Shown: positions 9,445-18,587 of the stretch, one piece after another | Numbering within the stretch: position 1 is the stretch's first letter | Layout: every line of letters starts with the position of its first letter | DNA from: an uncultured Lachnospiraceae bacterium | GTDB lineage: Bacteria; Bacillota; Clostridia; Oscillospirales; CAG-272 | Direction: 5' to 3' | Assembly: GCA_964623895.1 (NCBI GenBank) | Contig: CAZUWA010000002.1 | Span: 3,636 to 67,635, forward strand | Length of the DNA: 64,000 bases | Translations under genes and position numbers: made by a program | The notes under the pieces: model-generated | Seen by the model: the letters and a program-made list of their open reading frames with translations, nothing else | What the model was told of the DNA's origin: nothing | Database searches by the model: none

Positions 9445-9945
9445 TCATTTGTTTTTGAGAAGTTCTTTGATCTCTTCAAGCACCGCTGTCTGTCTCAAGG
9501 TCGCTTCCTCAAGAGCCGCCTGCTTTGCCGCCGCAGCCTCCGCTGCCGCCGCCGTCTTGGCATCCGCTTCTGCTTTTGCAACAGCCTCTTCCGCTAACTT
9601 TTTGCTCAGTGCTGTGTTCTTCACCTTCATGATCACTCTGAGGATCACAAAAATACAGAACGCGGTGATCAGGAAATCAATAATCGTCTGAAGCCATGTT
9701 CCCCAAAGGATCGCAACCTCGGGTGTAGTAACGGCGCCTTCCGCATCTACAACCGCTTCGCTGATGACAGTCTTAATCGAATCAAGGCTACCGCCCTTCA
9801 CAAAAATGCCGACAAAGGGATTGATGATGTAATTGACAAGTCCTGTGACGATCTTACCAAACGAACCGCCGATGACAACACCGACAGCCATATCAATGAC
9901 ATTTCCTTTGCTGATGAATGCCTTAAAATCCTTGAAAAAACTCAT
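9445..9945 (-). CDS. mscL: Large-conductance mechanosensitive channel
   Basis: MSFFKDFKAFISKGNVIDMAVGVVIGGSFGKIV is the conserved MscL N-terminus. I chose the ATG at 9945 (GGAGGG upstream) over 9996. It carries an Ala/Glu-rich C-terminal extension. Confidence 0.9.
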   Translation of the reverse strand: MSFFKDFKAFISKGNVIDMAVGVVIGGSFGKIVTGLVNYIINPFVGIFVKGGSLDSIKTVISEAVVDAEGAVTTPEVAILWGTWLQTIIDFLITAFCIFVILRVIMKVKNTALSKKLAEEAVAKAEADAKTAAAAEAAAAKQAALEEATLRQTAVLEEIKELLKNK

Positions 9946-9984
9946 ATTTTCCCTCCTTAAATGTATATGTGAAATTATGTTGGT

Positions 9985-10013
9985 ATTGTACACCATCTTT
10001 CACAAATTGTCAA
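9985..10013 (-). promoter_or_regulatory. Sigma-A-like promoter of mscL
   Basis: On the minus strand: TTGACA, 17 nt, TACAAT, with TG just upstream of the -10. Confidence 0.5.
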
Positions 10014-10027
10014 CATCTATTTCAGTG

Positions 10028-10041
10028 CGAACAAATGTTCG
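10028..10041. promoter_or_regulatory. Perfect LexA (Cheo/SOS) box CGAACAAATGTTCG
   Basis: Exact match to the Firmicute LexA/DinR operator consensus CGAAC-N4-GTTCG. It lies in the divergent spacer between mscL and the ParB-like gene. Confidence 0.55.
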
Positions 10042-10127
10042 CTTTTATTTTTTACAGGTTCCCCTCACTGCGACAATTTTGTCGTATAATATATTGTATA
10101 ATTAAAGAAAAAACGGAGGTTAAAACA

Positions 10128-11042
10128 ATGGAATTTTTTTCTTATTCAAAAAAGGAAGCTTCGATCCGCGAAGAAGATCTCGCAATCATCGAGCGCAGGC
10201 TTGCAACATTAAAAGAACATATGACGATCCACCGCGTTGAGGTCGGCAGAATTTCCCCTTCCCCGCTCTTCTCAGTCGACGAATCAACTCTGGAGGGACT
10301 TTCAAAAAGCATCTTGCGTTTTGGTTTGGTCGAACCGCTTGCAGTCCGTCGCGTCAGCTCGGATGATTCTTCACTTGGCGCAGTCTTTCAATTGATCGAC
10401 GGCAATCGACGCCTTGCTGCTGTCAAAAAGTTGGGACTACCTACTGTTCCCTGTTGTATACTCAATATTCCCGCATCAGAATTGGAATCAGCGCGTTATT
10501 CAACAGTCCGTTCGAAAGTGAAACCAGATATTTTTGATTGCCATGATGCCGAACGTTCCCTTTATGAGGAGCCCCCTTCTGTATTCCATAACGTAGCAAA
10601 CCGTCCTAATAGCAATCCCGATCCTTTACTTTCCTTCAGCGAATCAGAGCGCGAGATCTGTCGTACCGAACTTTTGGACGAACAAATGATCATGGCACTT
10701 GCAGCGATCTCCGATCCGCATCTTCGAAAGCAGACACTGTCAGACATTGTCAGGATTCGTAGAAATTGCTTGAAAAGAACAGAAAATCGTGCGGCTCCCC
10801 GTGGAGTTCGTGGAAAACTCCTTCTCTGCGACATTCAACCGGTCTACAATTCCTTTGAACGATATGTTCGTTTTTTACGGCAATCGGGTATCGCGTCCAG
10901 TTGGAAGCACGAGGAGACCCCCGATTGCTATCGTATCATTCTTGAGATCCCAAAGCGCACCTATTGTAGTATCGGTTCGTCATCCGAGACCGCGGCACCG
11001 GATCAAACGGAGGTATTCGATCTCCGTGATTTTGCGCTGTAA
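10128..11042 (+). CDS. ParB N-terminal-domain protein at the Noc position, divergent
   Basis: ParB/Srx-type N-domain: VGRISPSPLFSVDESTLEGLSKSILRFGLVEPLAVRRV...FQLIDGNRRLAAVKKLGL. It has GNRR where ParB has GERR. I see no ParB-type HTH. The ATG at 10128 has a GGAGG 8 nt upstream. The 9969 start in the ORF track would run through the promoter region. Confidence 0.65.
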   Translation: MEFFSYSKKEASIREEDLAIIERRLATLKEHMTIHRVEVGRISPSPLFSVDESTLEGLSKSILRFGLVEPLAVRRVSSDDSSLGAVFQLIDGNRRLAAVKKLGLPTVPCCILNIPASELESARYSTVRSKVKPDIFDCHDAERSLYEEPPSVFHNVANRPNSNPDPLLSFSESEREICRTELLDEQMIMALAAISDPHLRKQTLSDIVRIRRNCLKRTENRAAPRGVRGKLLLCDIQPVYNSFERYVRFLRQSGIASSWKHEETPDCYRIILEIPKRTYCSIGSSSETAAPDQTEVFDLRDFAL

Positions 11043-11056
11043 TTTCTCTGTTCTAA

Positions 11057-11072
11057 TGTTCTACGTGGAACA
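11057..11072. promoter_or_regulatory. parS site (TGTTCTACGTGGAACA)
   Basis: One position off a perfect palindrome of the Firmicute parS consensus tGTTnCACGTGnAACa. Confidence 0.75.
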
Positions 11073-11124
11073 TTGGAATAGCATTCCTTAAACGATCTCC
11101 ACAGAAGCAACTAAAGCTCGGCAC

Positions 11125-11140
11125 TGTTCCACGTGGAACA
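11125..11140. promoter_or_regulatory. parS site (TGTTCCACGTGGAACA, perfect 16-bp palindrome)
   Basis: Perfect palindromic parS-type sequence, 68 bp from the first site and about 155 nt upstream of parA. Confidence 0.85.
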
Positions 11141-11294
11141 ATCACTTCCCTCGCTTTTTGATATAAAAAGCGAGGGAAGCCAACATTATGAATTTTTTGA
11201 AAAATAGCGCCATGGCATTGACAACCAAAGAAAGTTTTGTTATAATAAAAAGACAAGAACTGACTTTGCAAACAATATAAAAGAGGTGAAACGT

Positions 11295-12056
11295 TTGGGC
11301 AAGATCATTGCATTCGCAAACCAAAAAGGCGGGATCGGCAAAACCACATCTGCAATCAATGTTGCCGCCGCTATCGCAGTGTCCGGCAGAAAAGTGTTGG
11401 CTGTGGACTGTGATCCGCAAGGAAACTGCACTAGCGGCTTTGGTATCAATAAAAAAGCCTTAAAATTCACAAGTTACGATGTTTTGGTAGGCAGGACAAC
11501 CGCCGAAGAAGCAATCCACCAAACGGAATTTGACGGAATTTCTGTCATTCCGGCGAATATTGCCCTTGCAGGCGCGGAATTTGAACTTGTTGATTTAGAC
11601 GACCGGGCCTATCGATTAAAAAACGAGCTGGACAAGCTGCGAGATCATTTCGATTACATTGTTATCGATTGTCCGCCATCACTCGGCTTGTTGACGATCA
11701 ACGCACTTGCGGCATCCGATGGCATCGTTATTCCAATGCAGTGCGAATATTTTGCGTTGGAGGGACTTTCACAGTTAATGCTAACCATCCGCAAAACAAA
11801 AGAAATGTACAACCGCGATTTAGACATCATCGGTATTCTGATCACGATGTATAACGGTAGACTGAACCTTTCAACCCAAGTTATGCACGAATTAAAACGT
11901 TATTACGGGGAAAAACTGCTTTCAGAGCCAATCCCGCGTAGTGTACGCATCAGCGAAGCACCCAGCCACGGACTTCCGATCTGTTTTTATGACAAAAACG
12001 GCAAAGCATCTGAGGCTTATGCCAAAGTCGCAAAGGAGATCATGTTGCGCATCTAA
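11295..12056 (+). CDS. soj: Chromosome partitioning ATPase ParA/Soj
   Basis: GKIIAFANQKGGIGKTTSAINVAAA is the deviant Walker A. I prefer the TTG at 11295 (AAGAGG 8 nt upstream) to the GTG at 11286. Confidence 0.9.
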   Translation: MGKIIAFANQKGGIGKTTSAINVAAAIAVSGRKVLAVDCDPQGNCTSGFGINKKALKFTSYDVLVGRTTAEEAIHQTEFDGISVIPANIALAGAEFELVDLDDRAYRLKNELDKLRDHFDYIVIDCPPSLGLLTINALAASDGIVIPMQCEYFALEGLSQLMLTIRKTKEMYNRDLDIIGILITMYNGRLNLSTQVMHELKRYYGEKLLSEPIPRSVRISEAPSHGLPICFYDKNGKASEAYAKVAKEIMLRI

Positions 12057-12166
12057 AGCCAATCTCAACGGCAAACTTCAAATCGAATCAATTAAATCAA
12101 GGATCAAAGAGAGTTTTTGAAATATTTTCTAAAAGCTTCATTATCCATCTCATACGAGGTAAAAAT

Positions 12167-13066
12167 ATGGCAACAAAGCCCAAAACAGGACTCGGTCGAG
12201 GTCTTGACTCTATTTTTCTCGACAACACCGCCCCGGAGACAGCCGGAGGGAACACAATCTTGCGTATTTCAAACATCCAACCACGCAAGGATCAGCCCAG
12301 ACGCGTATTTGATGAAGAATCTTTGCGCCAACTGTCTGAATCAATCGCGGCATATGGACTCATCGAACCGGTCGCAGTCAGGGAAGCACCCGGCGGATTT
12401 TATGAGCTGATTGCCGGCGAGCGCCGTTGGCGCGCTGCAAAAGCGGCAGGTTTAAGCGAAATTCCCGCAGTGATCATCTCCGCAGACGACCGGAAAGCCG
12501 CTGAAATGGCACTGATCGAAAATGTACAGCGTGAGGACCTGAACCCGGTAGAAGAAGCGCAAGCGTACAAAAAGTTGATTGCCGACTACGATCTGACACA
12601 AGAACAGGTCGCAAACGCGGTAGGGAAGAGTCGTTCCGCCATCGCAAACACCATGCGCTTGTTGGATCTCCCACCAAAATGTCTCGAATTTCTTTCTTCC
12701 GGTGCACTATCCGAAGGACACGCAAAAGTCCTGATGGCCTTGAAAGACGAAAAATCAGCCGTTGAAGCCGCAGAACTGATCGTTACACGACAGTTATCCG
12801 TTCGAGAAACGGAAATTCTGGTCAAAAAACTACTGAAACAAGCAGAGCTTGATAACGAAGAGCAAGAAGATATTCAGACAGCTCCCATCAAAGTCAACTA
12901 CACCCGTGTTCTGGAAGACAAAGCAGCGCGCCTCCTTGGCAGACGTGTCCTCATCAAGGGAAGAGGAAAGACCAAGCGACTTGAATTATCATTTGAGGAC
13001 AAAGAAGACCTTGAAGCGCTGCTTGCAGTTTTATGCGGCAACCAACTGTTTGAGGACGAAATTTAG
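12167..13066 (+). CDS. spo0J: Chromosome partitioning protein ParB/Spo0J
   Basis: GLGRGLDSIF N-terminus, GERRWRAAKAAGL (CTP-binding box) and the HTH TQEQVANAVGKSRSAIANTMRLLDL. Confidence 0.92.
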   Translation: MATKPKTGLGRGLDSIFLDNTAPETAGGNTILRISNIQPRKDQPRRVFDEESLRQLSESIAAYGLIEPVAVREAPGGFYELIAGERRWRAAKAAGLSEIPAVIISADDRKAAEMALIENVQREDLNPVEEAQAYKKLIADYDLTQEQVANAVGKSRSAIANTMRLLDLPPKCLEFLSSGALSEGHAKVLMALKDEKSAVEAAELIVTRQLSVRETEILVKKLLKQAELDNEEQEDIQTAPIKVNYTRVLEDKAARLLGRRVLIKGRGKTKRLELSFEDKEDLEALLAVLCGNQLFEDEI

Positions 13067-13124
13067 TTAATTATTTTTACATTTTGTAACATATTTTTTC
13101 ATTTTTTTAAAGAAGGAAACAATC

Positions 13125-14408
13125 ATGATCGATATCAAATTTATCAAAGAACAACCAGAAGAAGTCATTGCGCGCCTTGCCGCGAAAGGGAAAGATGTGC
13201 GCGAAGACATCGCAAAAATTTTAGAGTTGGATGCTCGTCGCAGGGAGATCATCGGCAGAAGCGAGGCACTGAAAGCCGAGCAGAACAAGGAAAGTAAGAT
13301 GATCCCGGTGTACAAAAAAGAAGGGAAGGACGTTGCGGAAATTTTCGCACGCTTGACCGAGATCAAAAAACAAGTTGAAGAGGATACCGCGAAACTGCGA
13401 GAAGTCGAATCGGAATTTAACGCCTTGATGTACGCTCTGCCAAATCTGCCCGATCCCGATCTAAAGGCAGGCGGAAAGGAAAACAACGAGCCGCTCCGCT
13501 ATTTCGGCGAACCGCACAAATTTGATTTTGAGCCGAAAGATCATGTCGAACTTTGCACCTCTTTAGGGCTGATCGATTATGAAAGAGGCACAAAGCTATC
13601 GGGCAACGGTTTCTGGATCTACAAAGGTCTTGGCGCACGGCTTGAATGGGCGCTTCTCAACTACTTTATCGACACGCATTTAAGTGACGGCTATGAAATG
13701 GTAATGATCCCGCATATGCTCGGCTACGAATGCGGTTTTGTTGCCGGGCAGTTCCCGAAATTCGCAGAAGAGGTATATTGGCTTGAGACTGCAGAGGATG
13801 AAAGAAGAAGATTCATGCTCCCCACCGCCGAGACAGCGCTTGTTTCCTTACACCGAAACGAGATCTTGACAGAAGCAGATCTGCCGAAGAAGTATTTTGC
13901 CTACACACCTTGCTTCAGAAGGGAGGCAGGTTCTTATCGCAAAGACGAGCGCGGTATGGTCAGAGGGCATCAATTCAATAAAGTCGAAATGGTGCAATAC
14001 ACCCTGCCGGAGAAGTCAGACGAAGCATTCGAAGAACTGGTCGGCAAGGCAGAAGCATTGGTCAAAGGTCTGGGCTTCCACTTCCGCACGGTCAAATTAG
14101 CAGCAGAGGACTGCTCTGCATCAATGGCAAGGACTTACGATATCGAGATCCAGATCCCCTCGATGAACGGCTACAAAGAAGTTTCCTCCGTTTCGAACGC
14201 CAGAGATTATCAAGCAAGAAGAGGAATGTGCCGCGTAAAGAGAGCGGACGGCAGAATGGAATATGTCCACACCTTGAACGGCTCGGGATTGGCAACTAGC
14301 CGCATTTTGCCCGCCTTGGTGGAGCAAAATCAGCGAGCAGACGGCAGCGTGGTCGTGCCGGAAGTGTTAAGAAAATACCTTGGCGGAATGGAAGTCATCA
14401 AAAAGTGA
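13125..14408 (+). CDS. serS: Seryl-tRNA synthetase
   Basis: MIDIKFIKEQPEEV start, N-terminal coiled-coil arm and class II core (FRREAGS, GSGLATSRILPALVEQNQ). Confidence 0.93.
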   Translation: MIDIKFIKEQPEEVIARLAAKGKDVREDIAKILELDARRREIIGRSEALKAEQNKESKMIPVYKKEGKDVAEIFARLTEIKKQVEEDTAKLREVESEFNALMYALPNLPDPDLKAGGKENNEPLRYFGEPHKFDFEPKDHVELCTSLGLIDYERGTKLSGNGFWIYKGLGARLEWALLNYFIDTHLSDGYEMVMIPHMLGYECGFVAGQFPKFAEEVYWLETAEDERRRFMLPTAETALVSLHRNEILTEADLPKKYFAYTPCFRREAGSYRKDERGMVRGHQFNKVEMVQYTLPEKSDEAFEELVGKAEALVKGLGFHFRTVKLAAEDCSASMARTYDIEIQIPSMNGYKEVSSVSNARDYQARRGMCRVKRADGRMEYVHTLNGSGLATSRILPALVEQNQRADGSVVVPEVLRKYLGGMEVIKK

Positions 14409-14494
14409 TCAAAACATATTTTTGGGTTTTCTTGAAAAACAATCGTTAACAAAGTCCAAAAATCGATTTGTTGTACCTTGGAAGGAGTAAAAAT

Positions 14495-15025
14495 TTGCTT
14501 AGTTATTTTTCTGAATTGTTATCCTCTTCGCCCGTTGGATCGATCGATCTGATCCTCTTATGCCTGCTTGTCGGATTTGTCATCGCAGGAATCCTTGCGA
14601 TCATCGACCGACGCGTAATGGGAGCATTTGTACGCACTCTTTTGAAAATGGGTGCAACCTCTCCCGAAACAGCAGTGACTCTGCGGGAAGCCGGCTTTGA
14701 AAAAAAGAGAGCGGTGATTTCCGGACTTCGCGGAAAGGGCATCTTTTCGGGAACAGTGTTCGAAGCCTCCGAACAGGTGGAATTTGACCGAGAAGACCAC
14801 GCGCTTCCCATTCACAGAGCGCGTTTTGACACAAAAAAAGCGAGATTTTATATTCCCGAACCGTTGCGCCACCGCGCGGCGATCCGTTTTGAATCAAAGG
14901 GGAACCACGTCGTGATCCTGATCATCGGTACGCTTCTCCTGCTCGTTTTGCTACTTCTCGCAATGCTTTACAAGGATCACATCATACAGTTAGTAAACCA
15001 ATATCTCGGCTCCATGTCAAAATAA
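14495..15025 (+). CDS. Hypothetical membrane protein
   Basis: One TM segment near each end (LILLCLLVGFVIAGILAII and VVILIIGTLLLLVLLLLAML). The TTG at 14495 follows GAAGGAG by 7 nt. The ORF track starts at 14468. Confidence 0.45.
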   Translation: MLSYFSELLSSSPVGSIDLILLCLLVGFVIAGILAIIDRRVMGAFVRTLLKMGATSPETAVTLREAGFEKKRAVISGLRGKGIFSGTVFEASEQVEFDREDHALPIHRARFDTKKARFYIPEPLRHRAAIRFESKGNHVVILIIGTLLLLVLLLLAMLYKDHIIQLVNQYLGSMSK

Positions 15026-15035
15026 GGAGAGAAGA

Positions 15036-15968
15036 ATGTCTGTAAAGAAGATCATTGGGGCAGACCCCAACAAAAAACGGCTGGTACTAACGGTTATTGC
15101 CGCCATTGTATTATTTCTTGCCGGGATCATGCTCGGACTGTGGCTTTCGGGTTTCCGATATATGAATGTAAAGTATCTATCGGCTCTTGACGGAGATTCG
15201 GAAAGTATCCGATTTCTCGGCTTTCTCTCAAATGACGGCATTCCTCAAAGCGGAACGATCTATTTTGAGAGCAAGACCGCATCGCTTACTCAAACAGAAG
15301 AGGGAAAATTCCGTTTGGAATACAACAACGGCGATGTTTACGAAGGAGAAATGTCCGGTCTTCAACGTGCGGGAACGGGTGAAATGTACTATATATCCGG
15401 GGACAGTTATGTCGGAGAATTCTCGGCAGACAAACTGCACGGAACGGGTGTTTACCGTTACGCTTCCGGGGACAGTTACGAAGGAACATTCAGTTCCGGA
15501 AAAAAGTCAGGAGAAGGAAAATACACCTGGACCTATGAAAACGGAACGGCTATTTACGAAGGGCACTTTGAAAACGACCGCAGAAACGGCTATGGCGTCT
15601 ACACCGCCATTGACGGCACAGTCTACAAAGGAAACTTTGTAAACGATCTGCGTACAGACACGCAAGCAGAGGTAACGATCCCGAACAGCAACGGCGGCTT
15701 AGATCGCTATTACGGCGGCTACGACAAAGATGTCCGCTCGGGATTCGGGTACTATTTTTACGCCAACGGCGATGTATATATCGGTCAGTTCGTAGCAAAT
15801 CTTCCGGAAGGAGAGGGGACTGTCTATTTTGCAAAAGGCGGCTGTTACAAAGGGCAGTTTGTTGGCGGAAACATTGAAAAAGACAATGCAACGGAAATTC
15901 CGAGCGAGGAAGCGAGCAAGGTATTAAACAGCCTTGATCCGGAGGAAAATCCGTTCAAACAGTCATGA
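15036..15968 (+). CDS. MORN-repeat protein with an N-terminal membrane anchor
   Basis: TM segment LVLTVIAAIVLFLAGIMLGLWL, followed by at least 8 repeats of the YxGxxxxGxxxGxG type (YEGEMSGLQRAGTGEMYY, YVGEFSADKLHGTGVYRY, YEGTFSSGKKSGEGKYTW ...). Confidence 0.7.
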   Translation: MSVKKIIGADPNKKRLVLTVIAAIVLFLAGIMLGLWLSGFRYMNVKYLSALDGDSESIRFLGFLSNDGIPQSGTIYFESKTASLTQTEEGKFRLEYNNGDVYEGEMSGLQRAGTGEMYYISGDSYVGEFSADKLHGTGVYRYASGDSYEGTFSSGKKSGEGKYTWTYENGTAIYEGHFENDRRNGYGVYTAIDGTVYKGNFVNDLRTDTQAEVTIPNSNGGLDRYYGGYDKDVRSGFGYYFYANGDVYIGQFVANLPEGEGTVYFAKGGCYKGQFVGGNIEKDNATEIPSEEASKVLNSLDPEENPFKQS

Positions 15969-15988
15969 TCTATTAAGGATGGAGAGCC

Positions 15989-18484
15989 ATGAAAACGATT
16001 CTTGCTATTGACGGCAACAGCGTCATCAACAGAGCATATTTCGGCGTGCGCCCACTGACAAACAGCAAAGGACAGCGCACCGAGGCGATCTTCGGCATGC
16101 TCAACATCATTTTATCTGCCATTGACCGGGTAAAACCGGACAGTATACAAGTCGCATTCGATCTGCACGCTCCCACCTTCCGTCACAAGATGTTTGACGG
16201 TTACAAGGGTACTCGCAAGGGAATGGACGAGGAACTTTACTGCCAGATGGAGCCGGCAAAAACACTTTTAAGGGCGCTCGGCTACAAAGTTTTGTCTCAT
16301 GAAGGCTACGAGGCGGACGATATCCTCGGCACTGTTTCGGCAGAAGCGACAAGGGCAGGTAAGTGCTGTTATATTTTAACGGGCGACCGTGACAGCCTGC
16401 AGCTCATTACCGAAAACACGCATGTTCTTTTGATCTCCAAGGGAGAGACCATAGAGTATGATCGCGCACGTTTCTTCGAAAAATACGGCATTATGCCGGA
16501 ACAATTCGTTGATGCAAAAGCCATTATGGGGGACAGTTCCGATAACATTCCGGGTGTGCCCGGCATTGGAGAAAAAACCGCTTTACCGCTCATTGCAAAA
16601 TTCGAAAGTCTTGACGGTATATATGCGCATCTTGACGATCCTTTCATCAAAAACGGCACACGTGTCAAGCTGACCGAAGGGAAAGAGAGCGCGTACCTCT
16701 CGCAAGCGCTGGCGCGTATCTGCAAAGCCGTCCCGATCGCTCTCGATTTTTCCGATGCCGTGCGAGCGCCGGAACTTTATGAAGTGTTGAAAGAATTGGA
16801 ATTCTCCTCCTTCATCGACCGTCTTCAAGTCAATGCGGAAAATGAATCAGGTGTAAGAAAAACAAGAGAATATCGACAAATTTCTTCCGATGAAGCACTA
16901 AAACTCACCGAAAAAGCGGGAATTTATTTTGGAGAAGACGGGCTGTACATTTCATCGGAAGAAGGCGACTTTTTCCTATCAGATCCGGATCCTATCACCG
17001 TCGCGCTCTTCTTCACCCCCGAACGAAAGATTGCCGTTCACGACTGCAAAAGTCTATATAAACGGCTGTATTCCTTCGGCATTAACGATTTTGAAGCGAC
17101 AGATGACCCAATGTTACAAGGCTATGTACTCTCCTCTACGGAAGGTGATTACAGCGAAAAAGCGTTAGCGTTGCGCTATCTAAACAAATTCACAGACGGC
17201 GCAGGCGACGCGGGGCTGGTTCTTGAACTCTCGGAAAAACTAAATCAATTACTCATCGTAGAAGGTGTAGAGCATCTCTATCGCGACATTGAATTGCCCC
17301 TCGCCGGGGTGCTCGCACACTGCGAAAAAGAAGGTTTTTTGGTTGATAAAGAGGGGATCTCCGCCTTTTCCGCAACACTTCAAGAGCAGATCAATACTCT
17401 GACTACCGAGATCTACGAGATGGCGGAAGGGGAATTCAATATCAATTCGCCCAAACAGTTGGGAATTGTTCTCTTTGAGCGCTTATCTCTTCCTTGTCCG
17501 AAGAAAACAAAAAGCGGGTACAGCACAAGCGCTGAAGTCTTAGATAAATTGAAGGGCATCCACCCGATCATCGAAACCATTTTAAACTACAGACAACTTG
17601 CAAAACTGCGCTCGACCTACACAGAGGGGCTATTGAAGGTCGCGGGGGCGGACGGAAGAGTCCACACTTGCTTCACACAAACGGTCACTTCGACCGGGCG
17701 GCTCTCCTCTGTCGAACCAAACCTCCAAAACATCCCTGTGCGCACCGAGTTGGGCAGGGAAATGCGCCGCTTCTTCATCGCGCCGAAAGGAAAAAAACTG
17801 ATTGATGCCGACTATTCGCAGATAGAACTGCGGTTGCTCGCCGACATTTCCGGAGATGAAACAATGATCGAAGCCTTCAAAAACGGAACGGACATACATG
17901 CCGTGACCGCATCGGAAGTCTTCGGCGTACCGCTTGAAGAGGTCACTTCCTCCCTTCGAAAACAGGCAAAAGCAGTCAATTTCGGGATCGTTTACGGCAT
18001 TTCCGCCTACTCTCTCTCAGAAGATCTGCATATTCCGCTATATCAAGCAGATGACTATATCAAAGGATATTTCGCAACCTATCCGAAAATCGAAAGGTAT
18101 ATGAAAAACGCGGTGGAATCTGCCGCAAAAGACGGATATGTCAGAACGATGTTCGGCAGAAAGCGGTATATTCCGGAATTGACCTCCGGAAAAGGCATGT
18201 TAAAAAAATTTGGGGAGCGAGTGGCAATGAACAGTCCCATTCAAGGTTCTGCCGCTGACATCATCAAGATCGCCATGGTGGCAGTCGATCGCGCTTTGAA
18301 GGATGCAAAGTTGGACGCAAAACTGATCCTGCAGGTGCATGATGAACTGATCGTGGAATCATCGGAAAAAGATGCAGAACAAGCGGCAGATATTTTAAAA
18401 CGCAAGATGGAAAACGCCGTTTCCTTAAAAGTACCGCTGCCGGTCGATCTATCGATCGGGTACAGTTGGTTTGATTGTAAGTAA
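15989..18484 (+). CDS. polA: DNA polymerase I
   Basis: 5'-3' exonuclease N-terminus (ILAIDGNSVINRAYF), Pol A motif A (DYSQIELRLLA), motif B (RKQAKAVNFGIVYG) and motif C (QVHDELIVE). Confidence 0.93.
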   Translation: MKTILAIDGNSVINRAYFGVRPLTNSKGQRTEAIFGMLNIILSAIDRVKPDSIQVAFDLHAPTFRHKMFDGYKGTRKGMDEELYCQMEPAKTLLRALGYKVLSHEGYEADDILGTVSAEATRAGKCCYILTGDRDSLQLITENTHVLLISKGETIEYDRARFFEKYGIMPEQFVDAKAIMGDSSDNIPGVPGIGEKTALPLIAKFESLDGIYAHLDDPFIKNGTRVKLTEGKESAYLSQALARICKAVPIALDFSDAVRAPELYEVLKELEFSSFIDRLQVNAENESGVRKTREYRQISSDEALKLTEKAGIYFGEDGLYISSEEGDFFLSDPDPITVALFFTPERKIAVHDCKSLYKRLYSFGINDFEATDDPMLQGYVLSSTEGDYSEKALALRYLNKFTDGAGDAGLVLELSEKLNQLLIVEGVEHLYRDIELPLAGVLAHCEKEGFLVDKEGISAFSATLQEQINTLTTEIYEMAEGEFNINSPKQLGIVLFERLSLPCPKKTKSGYSTSAEVLDKLKGIHPIIETILNYRQLAKLRSTYTEGLLKVAGADGRVHTCFTQTVTSTGRLSSVEPNLQNIPVRTELGREMRRFFIAPKGKKLIDADYSQIELRLLADISGDETMIEAFKNGTDIHAVTASEVFGVPLEEVTSSLRKQAKAVNFGIVYGISAYSLSEDLHIPLYQADDYIKGYFATYPKIERYMKNAVESAAKDGYVRTMFGRKRYIPELTSGKGMLKKFGERVAMNSPIQGSAADIIKIAMVAVDRALKDAKLDAKLILQVHDELIVESSEKDAEQAADILKRKMENAVSLKVPLPVDLSIGYSWFDCK

Positions 18485-18587
18485 TGAACTTCTTCATGAG
18501 ATGCACACCCTTGCCACACCACCTTTTGTAAAAGGTGAACGGAAACTTTAAAAAACAAATAATCGAAAATACGAAAGGAAGACTATT

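Noticed and set aside
9969-10127. N-terminal 53-aa extension of the ParB-like ORF given in the ORF track
   Set aside because: The extension would run through the divergent promoter region, the LexA box and two TATAAT elements, and it is Cys/Phe-rich. The ATG at 10128 has a strong GGAGG RBS.
13067-13124. T-box leader upstream of serS
   Set aside because: Only 58 nt separate parB from serS, which is far too short for a T-box riboswitch. No specifier-loop or T-box sequence is seen.
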